DNA from: Candidatus Omnitrophota bacterium
Lineage (GTDB): Bacteria > Omnitrophota > Gorgyraeia > Gygaellales > Profunditerraquicolaceae
DNA length: 56,797 nucleotides
Direction of reading: 5' to 3'
Assembly (NCBI GenBank): GCA_023229385.1
Contig: JALNZI010000008.1
Span: 1 to 56,797 of the forward strand
The translations under genes and the position numbers were made by a program. Every line of letters begins with the position of its first letter. Within the stretch, counting starts at the first letter, position 1. This document shows, piece after piece, positions 52,318 through 56,797 of the stretch. The notes under the pieces were generated by a model. It made no database searches, was not told the origin of the DNA, and was given only the letters and a program-made list of their open reading frames with translations.

Positions 52318-52752
52318 ATGGAAGAAAGTAATTTTTTAACAAAAGACCTTTTATTACAAAGGGATGATTTAAAAATCGAAAAAGTTGAATTAACCAGAGG
52401 TTATGTGTTTGTACGTGAAATGACTGGTAGTGAAAAAGATCGTTGGGAACAATCAATGTTAAAACAAAAACCTAATGGTAATAAAAATGCTGCTGTTGAA
52501 TATGAAACAACACTTGAAGATTTTAGGGCTAAATTAGCTGTTGTTACGATGTGTGATGCTGATGGTAATTTATTATTTGAAGCTAAAGATATTAAAGCTT
52601 TGAATAAAGCTATGAGTGCAACAAATATGGAAAAAATTGTTGAAGTTGCACAAAGACTAAATGCAATTTCACAAAAAGATAAGGATGAAATATTAAAAAA
52701 CTCAGAAGCAGACCCGGAAGACAGTTCCAGTTCCGACTCTGCCGAGAATTAA
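52318..52752 (+). CDS. tail assembly chaperone (G-like)
   Basis: Position between the major tail protein and tape measure genes. Acidic C-terminus. Confidence 0.55.
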   Translation: MEESNFLTKDLLLQRDDLKIEKVELTRGYVFVREMTGSEKDRWEQSMLKQKPNGNKNAAVEYETTLEDFRAKLAVVTMCDADGNLLFEAKDIKALNKAMSATNMEKIVEVAQRLNAISQKDKDEILKNSEADPEDSSSSDSAEN

Positions 52753-53081
52753 AGATTATTCATCCTGATAAATTATTGGAACAATTAACATCATCACAAT
52801 TAGCAGAATGGGAAGAATACAGTAAGATTGATCCAATAGGTGAATGGCGAAATGATTTTAAATTTGCTTATATGGCTTCTATTATTACTAATCTTATGAT
52901 AGGTGCTTATGGTAAGAAAGGTTCAAAATTAACCAAATTAGAAGATTTCTTAATAAAGTGGGATACTGAAATGGTAGAACCTGAGAAGAAACAAAGTGTA
53001 GAGGATATGAAACAAATTCTACTTAGTATAGCATCCGCACAAAATAAAAGAGTTGCAGCAGAAAGTAAATTAAAAAAATAA
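52689..53081 (+). CDS. tail assembly chaperone -1 frame extension (GT-like product via programmed frameshift)
   Basis: The -1 frame is open from 52689 and overlaps the G ORF. A canonical slippery heptamer A_AAA_AAC at 52695-52701 is in the G zero frame. The stand-alone ORF has only a TTG start (52776). Confidence 0.5.
   Translation, partial: NIKKLRSRPGRQFQFRLCRELKIIHPDKLLEQLTSSQLAEWEEYSKIDPIGEWRNDFKFAYMASIITNLMIGAYGKKGSKLTKLEDFLIKWDTEMVEPEKKQSVEDMKQILLSIASAQNKRVAAESKLKK
52695..52701 (+). promoter_or_regulatory. -1 programmed ribosomal frameshift slippery site (AAAAAAC)
   Basis: X_XXY_YYZ pattern in phase with the upstream ORF (codons AAA AAC encode K N of ...ILKNSE). Confidence 0.5.
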
Positions 53082-53085
53082 GATT

Positions 53086-56000
53086 ATGTTATCTTTAGGA
53101 ACAATGATGGTTATTATTGGAGCCAATACAGTTGGTTTGAATAAAGCCGTAGGTGAACTTTATAGTGCAAAGAGGGCTATATCTGCCACAACAGGTTCAA
53201 TGAACGCATCATTGGCAACTACTAATGGAGCAATCGCAAGTTTAAACGCTTCTATAATGGCACTCGGTAGGAATTTAACAATGTTTGTTTCTTTACCTGT
53301 TGGATTATTAGGAGTTACTGGAACAAAAGCTTTTGCTGATTTTGAATATAGTTTATCAAAGATAACAGGTTTGGTTGGAATTGCTGCTGAACAAACAAAA
53401 GAATGGGGTGCAGAAATATTAGATATTTCATCTAAATATGGAAAAGGACCACAAGAATTAGTTGATGCTTTATACTTTATTACATCATCTGGTTTTAAAG
53501 GATCAGAATCAATGAATGTTTTAAAAGTATCAGCAGAGGCCGCAGCAGCAGGTTTAGGTGACACTAAAGATATAGCAAATATTTCTACATCAGCTTTAAA
53601 TGCTTATGGAAAATCAAGTATTACTGCTGCTTATGCTACTGATGTTTTAACTGTTGCTGTTAGAGAAGGTAAAGGTGAACCTGAAGAATTAGTAAAAGCT
53701 TTTGCAACTATCATTCCTATTGCTGCACAATTAGGTGTAAGATTTGATGAAATAGGAGGAGCATTGGCAGCCATGACAAGATTTGGAATACCAGCAGCCA
53801 ATGCTTCCACTTATTTACGTCAAACATTATTTACTTTAACTAAACCATCAAAACAAACAAAAGATGGTTTAGCAGCAATAGGATTAAGTGCTCAAAAAGT
53901 TCGTGATTCATTGAGAAGTGATGGATTAATTGCTACATTAGAAATGTTGAAAAAAGCAACAAATAATCTTAATGAAGAAGGATTAAGTAGAATATTTCCA
54001 AATATTAGAGCTTTTATGGGTGTGTTGTCTTTAACAGGAAAAAACTTGGAAGAGACAAAGCAAGTATTTGATGCTGTGGCAAATTCAACTGGTGCTACTG
54101 CTGAGGCATTTAAAATTGTATCAGGTACTATAAAGTTTAAATTTAATGCTGCAATGGTTGAAGGAAAAACTTTATTAATTACTTTTGGTGAAGCAATTGC
54201 AAGAAATATATTACCCTATTTAGAAGGTTTATTACGTATATTTAAAGATGTAAAAAGTTGGTTTAATGGATTGAGTGAATCTACACAGAATACAATAATT
54301 AAAATGGCTTTATTGACTGCAACAATAGGCCCATTAATATTGATTTTACAATCTTTAAAAACTATATTTATAGCACCATTAATTATTTTATTGAAGTCTT
54401 TAGGTGCTGGTATAATATTTTTATCAAAAACGGCAACTAGTTTAGTTGTTTTTATTGGTGAAGTCATTGTTGCTTTTAGAAATTTAACATTAGCAATGGC
54501 ACTTACTAATATGAAAATAGGTTTGACAAGTATAGCTGTTGGATTATTAGAAGGTAATTTTACTAAAGCAGCGGCGGGATTTCGTTTATTTAGTGTGTCT
54601 TTACTTTCTTCACCTGTTGGTTGGGTTATAATTGGCCTTACTGCTTTGGCCGGTGCTATTTACTTAGTAACAAAGAAAACAAATGAACTTACTATTGCTC
54701 AAAAAACAAATAAGGAATTACAATTAGCTATTAATGATAATGTAGCTGCTGAAGCTTCTGAAATTGAAAGACTTTTAATACTTGCAAAAAGTCATAATTC
54801 GTCTTATCGAGAACGTATGTTTGCCATTGATCAGTTAAATAAAAAAATGGCTGTTTATACTGGTGGTATAGTAATAGAAAGGTCAGAAATAGCTAAGGCA
54901 CATTTTGCTTCATTAAATTATCTTAATACAGCAGAGCAAAGAAAAATAGCAAAAGAAAAAGAAATTAGTTTACAAACAGAATATAATAAGGGAATAACCG
55001 AAGAAAAAGTAGCAACTGGTGAAGCTATAAAAATGGGATATGCTTATATTGATATGTTAAAACATAAATATACAAGGATTGCTGCTGAAAATGCAATAAT
55101 TGCGGTAGAAAAAGAAAAATTAGATGCTTTAACAGCAATAGAAACAGGTGAAGGAATGCCTGTTGGTGTTATGGGTGGATTAAAGGCATCAATTAAACCA
55201 GAGAATGTAAAACAATTTTTTGCTTTAGGTATGACTGTTCCTGGAATGTTATATAATTATAGTAAAAATATTCAAGGTGCAAAAGTAGAAGAAGCAGGAA
55301 AAGTAGTAAATGATGCTACTAAAAAACTTACATACTTATATGATACCATGAAAAAGTATCAAGATATGGTTTTCCCAAATGAAAATGGTGTATTACCAGA
55401 AACAATAGTAATAGGAAAAGCTAAAGAATTAGCTATAACACCAGAAATAGATGTAAATGCTACAAAAAAAATCAATGATTCTATCAAAAAAATATGGGAA
55501 GATTATAATGAAGGGATAAATAAAGCACAAAATAGTAGTAAACTATTTGGTGAAAGCTTTTCATATCTTGATCAGATGAAATTAAGAGCTGATGCAATGA
55601 AAAAATCATTAGATGAATTAAAAAAATTACCACCTGATGTTTTAAATAAAGTAATGGATGAATATAATACTGAAGCTATGTCAGATTATTACAATAATGT
55701 TCAAAAAATAATAAAAGGACAAAAAATATTAGAAGAATCTACGGATAAAGCTAATAAAGCAAGAGAATTACAAGTTGCATCTATAAGTGGCGTTGCTGCT
55801 TTAACTTATAAATGGAATAGTGCTAATAGTGATCTTATTGATTCAGAAACAAGATTAGCACTTGGTTTAAGAGATATTGATAAGTTAATGAAAGATTCTG
55901 GTGGTACATTTAATGATATTGATGGTAAAATAGAATTAGTTTCAAATAACATAACAAATCTTAAAGCATTAATAAGAGCAAGAGGTTGGAATGTAGGTGT

Positions 56001-56797
56001 ATTTAATGATTTACAAAGAAATTTACAAGAATTAACTGTTTTAAAAGTAACTAAAGAAATTTTAAGTTTAAGGCAACAATTGGATGATGTTGATGCTTCT
56101 GCAAAAATGTTTGGTAATACAGCCGGTGGAGCAGCTGCAAAAATTAAAATGCTTACTGATATGTATTACAAGTTAAGGGACATGGAAGGTTTATCAACAA
56201 TACTTGATCCTACTGTACTTGCAGAATTTAAAAAAATATTAGATGAAATAATTAAAAAATTGGAAGAAGCTGGTGTAAATGTTGGAAAATTGGGTAGTCG
56301 TAGTGTTGCTAATGATTTACAACAATTAACAAATACAATTGAAAGTAGTCTTGAAAGTGTTATTGAAACGACGGCTGAATTATTTGGTCAATTAGCTGCT
56401 GGAACAATCACAGCAAAAGGATTTTTTAATGGCTTACTTGAAAGTATAATGGACATGGCTATTGCTGTTGGTAAAGCTATGATTGCATTAGGTATATCTT
56501 TAAAGATATTGCAAGGTTCATTAAACCCGGCAGCTATGATTATTGGTGGTATAGCTTTATTAGCTGCTGGTTCAGCCATTAAATCATTAATTAGTAAAAA
56601 AGCTTCAAATATGGCCAATGGTGGTATTGTTCCACAAGGTTATCCTAATGATTCATATCCTGCACGTTTAACAAGTGGTGAAATGGTTATTCCACCGAGT
56701 AAATTACCTGAATTTGAAAGACAAGAAACACAAATAAAGGTAGTAGTTGAAGGAATAACAAAGGGTAAAGATATACATTATATTGTTAAAGAAGTTT
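53086..56797 (+). CDS. tail tape measure protein (partial, runs off the window end)
   Basis: No stop for more than 1230 codons. N-terminal tape-measure-like region (EWGAEILDISSKYGKGPQELVDALYFITSSGF...), TM-like hydrophobic segments and long coiled coils. Confidence 0.8.
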   Translation, partial: MLSLGTMMVIIGANTVGLNKAVGELYSAKRAISATTGSMNASLATTNGAIASLNASIMALGRNLTMFVSLPVGLLGVTGTKAFADFEYSLSKITGLVGIAAEQTKEWGAEILDISSKYGKGPQELVDALYFITSSGFKGSESMNVLKVSAEAAAAGLGDTKDIANISTSALNAYGKSSITAAYATDVLTVAVREGKGEPEELVKAFATIIPIAAQLGVRFDEIGGALAAMTRFGIPAANASTYLRQTLFTLTKPSKQTKDGLAAIGLSAQKVRDSLRSDGLIATLEMLKKATNNLNEEGLSRIFPNIRAFMGVLSLTGKNLEETKQVFDAVANSTGATAEAFKIVSGTIKFKFNAAMVEGKTLLITFGEAIARNILPYLEGLLRIFKDVKSWFNGLSESTQNTIIKMALLTATIGPLILILQSLKTIFIAPLIILLKSLGAGIIFLSKTATSLVVFIGEVIVAFRNLTLAMALTNMKIGLTSIAVGLLEGNFTKAAAGFRLFSVSLLSSPVGWVIIGLTALAGAIYLVTKKTNELTIAQKTNKELQLAINDNVAAEASEIERLLILAKSHNSSYRERMFAIDQLNKKMAVYTGGIVIERSEIAKAHFASLNYLNTAEQRKIAKEKEISLQTEYNKGITEEKVATGEAIKMGYAYIDMLKHKYTRIAAENAIIAVEKEKLDALTAIETGEGMPVGVMGGLKASIKPENVKQFFALGMTVPGMLYNYSKNIQGAKVEEAGKVVNDATKKLTYLYDTMKKYQDMVFPNENGVLPETIVIGKAKELAITPEIDVNATKKINDSIKKIWEDYNEGINKAQNSSKLFGESFSYLDQMKLRADAMKKSLDELKKLPPDVLNKVMDEYNTEAMSDYYNNVQKIIKGQKILEESTDKANKARELQVASISGVAALTYKWNSANSDLIDSETRLALGLRDIDKLMKDSGGTFNDIDGKIELVSNNITNLKALIRARGWNVGVFNDLQRNLQELTVLKVTKEILSLRQQLDDVDASAKMFGNTAGGAAAKIKMLTDMYYKLRDMEGLSTILDPTVLAEFKKILDEIIKKLEEAGVNVGKLGSRSVANDLQQLTNTIESSLESVIETTAELFGQLAAGTITAKGFFNGLLESIMDMAIAVGKAMIALGISLKILQGSLNPAAMIIGGIALLAAGSAIKSLISKKASNMANGGIVPQGYPNDSYPARLTSGEMVIPPSKLPEFERQETQIKVVVEGITKGKDIHYIVKEV

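Noticed and set aside
53160-56618. Minus-strand ORFs 53160-53564, 54216-54467 and 56388-56618
   Set aside because: They are antisense to the continuous tape-measure ORF and reflect Ala/Gly-rich codon bias, not genes.

Overview
This is an AT-rich (about 30% GC) window that reads as a tailed-phage genome segment with two divergent modules. Positions 1-31774 are almost entirely minus-strand genes of a replication/recombination/early module: a Rad50/SbcC-like ATPase cut at the window edge, a RuvC-like resolvase, a RecA/UvsX-like recombinase, a clamp loader, a split family-A DNA polymerase, a beta sliding clamp, a radical-SAM enzyme, a DnaB-like helicase, a DnaG-like primase, an SNF2 helicase and many small unknown proteins. 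Three of the unknowns are built from tandem peptide repeats. A roughly 1.2-kb AT-rich non-coding hub (31775-32995) separates the modules; it is full of short direct and palindromic repeats and carries divergent promoter candidates. From 32996 onward, plus-strand late genes run in the order small and large terminase, portal, a lysis cassette with a GH108 endolysin, a Mu-F-like head morphogenesis protein, a scaffold-like protein, a small head protein and the major capsid protein. The capsid gene is followed by an unusual seven-gene sugar-modification cassette, then head-tail connector and neck genes, a TP901-like major tail protein, G/GT tail chaperones with a canonical -1 slippery site, and a tape measure protein running off the window. 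The cassette (43060-50073) encodes glycosyltransferases of several families, a sugar C-methyltransferase, a 1084-aa GT8-GT8-GT2-O-methyltransferase fusion and a sulfotransferase, embedded in the virion structural operon. It is the most interesting feature and looks like a phage-encoded glycan methylation and sulfation system, most plausibly acting on virion proteins. The host is probably Bacteroidota: secretion signals end in AQ and there are TAnnTTTG -7-type promoter motifs. No integrase, tRNA, rRNA or CRISPR array was found.
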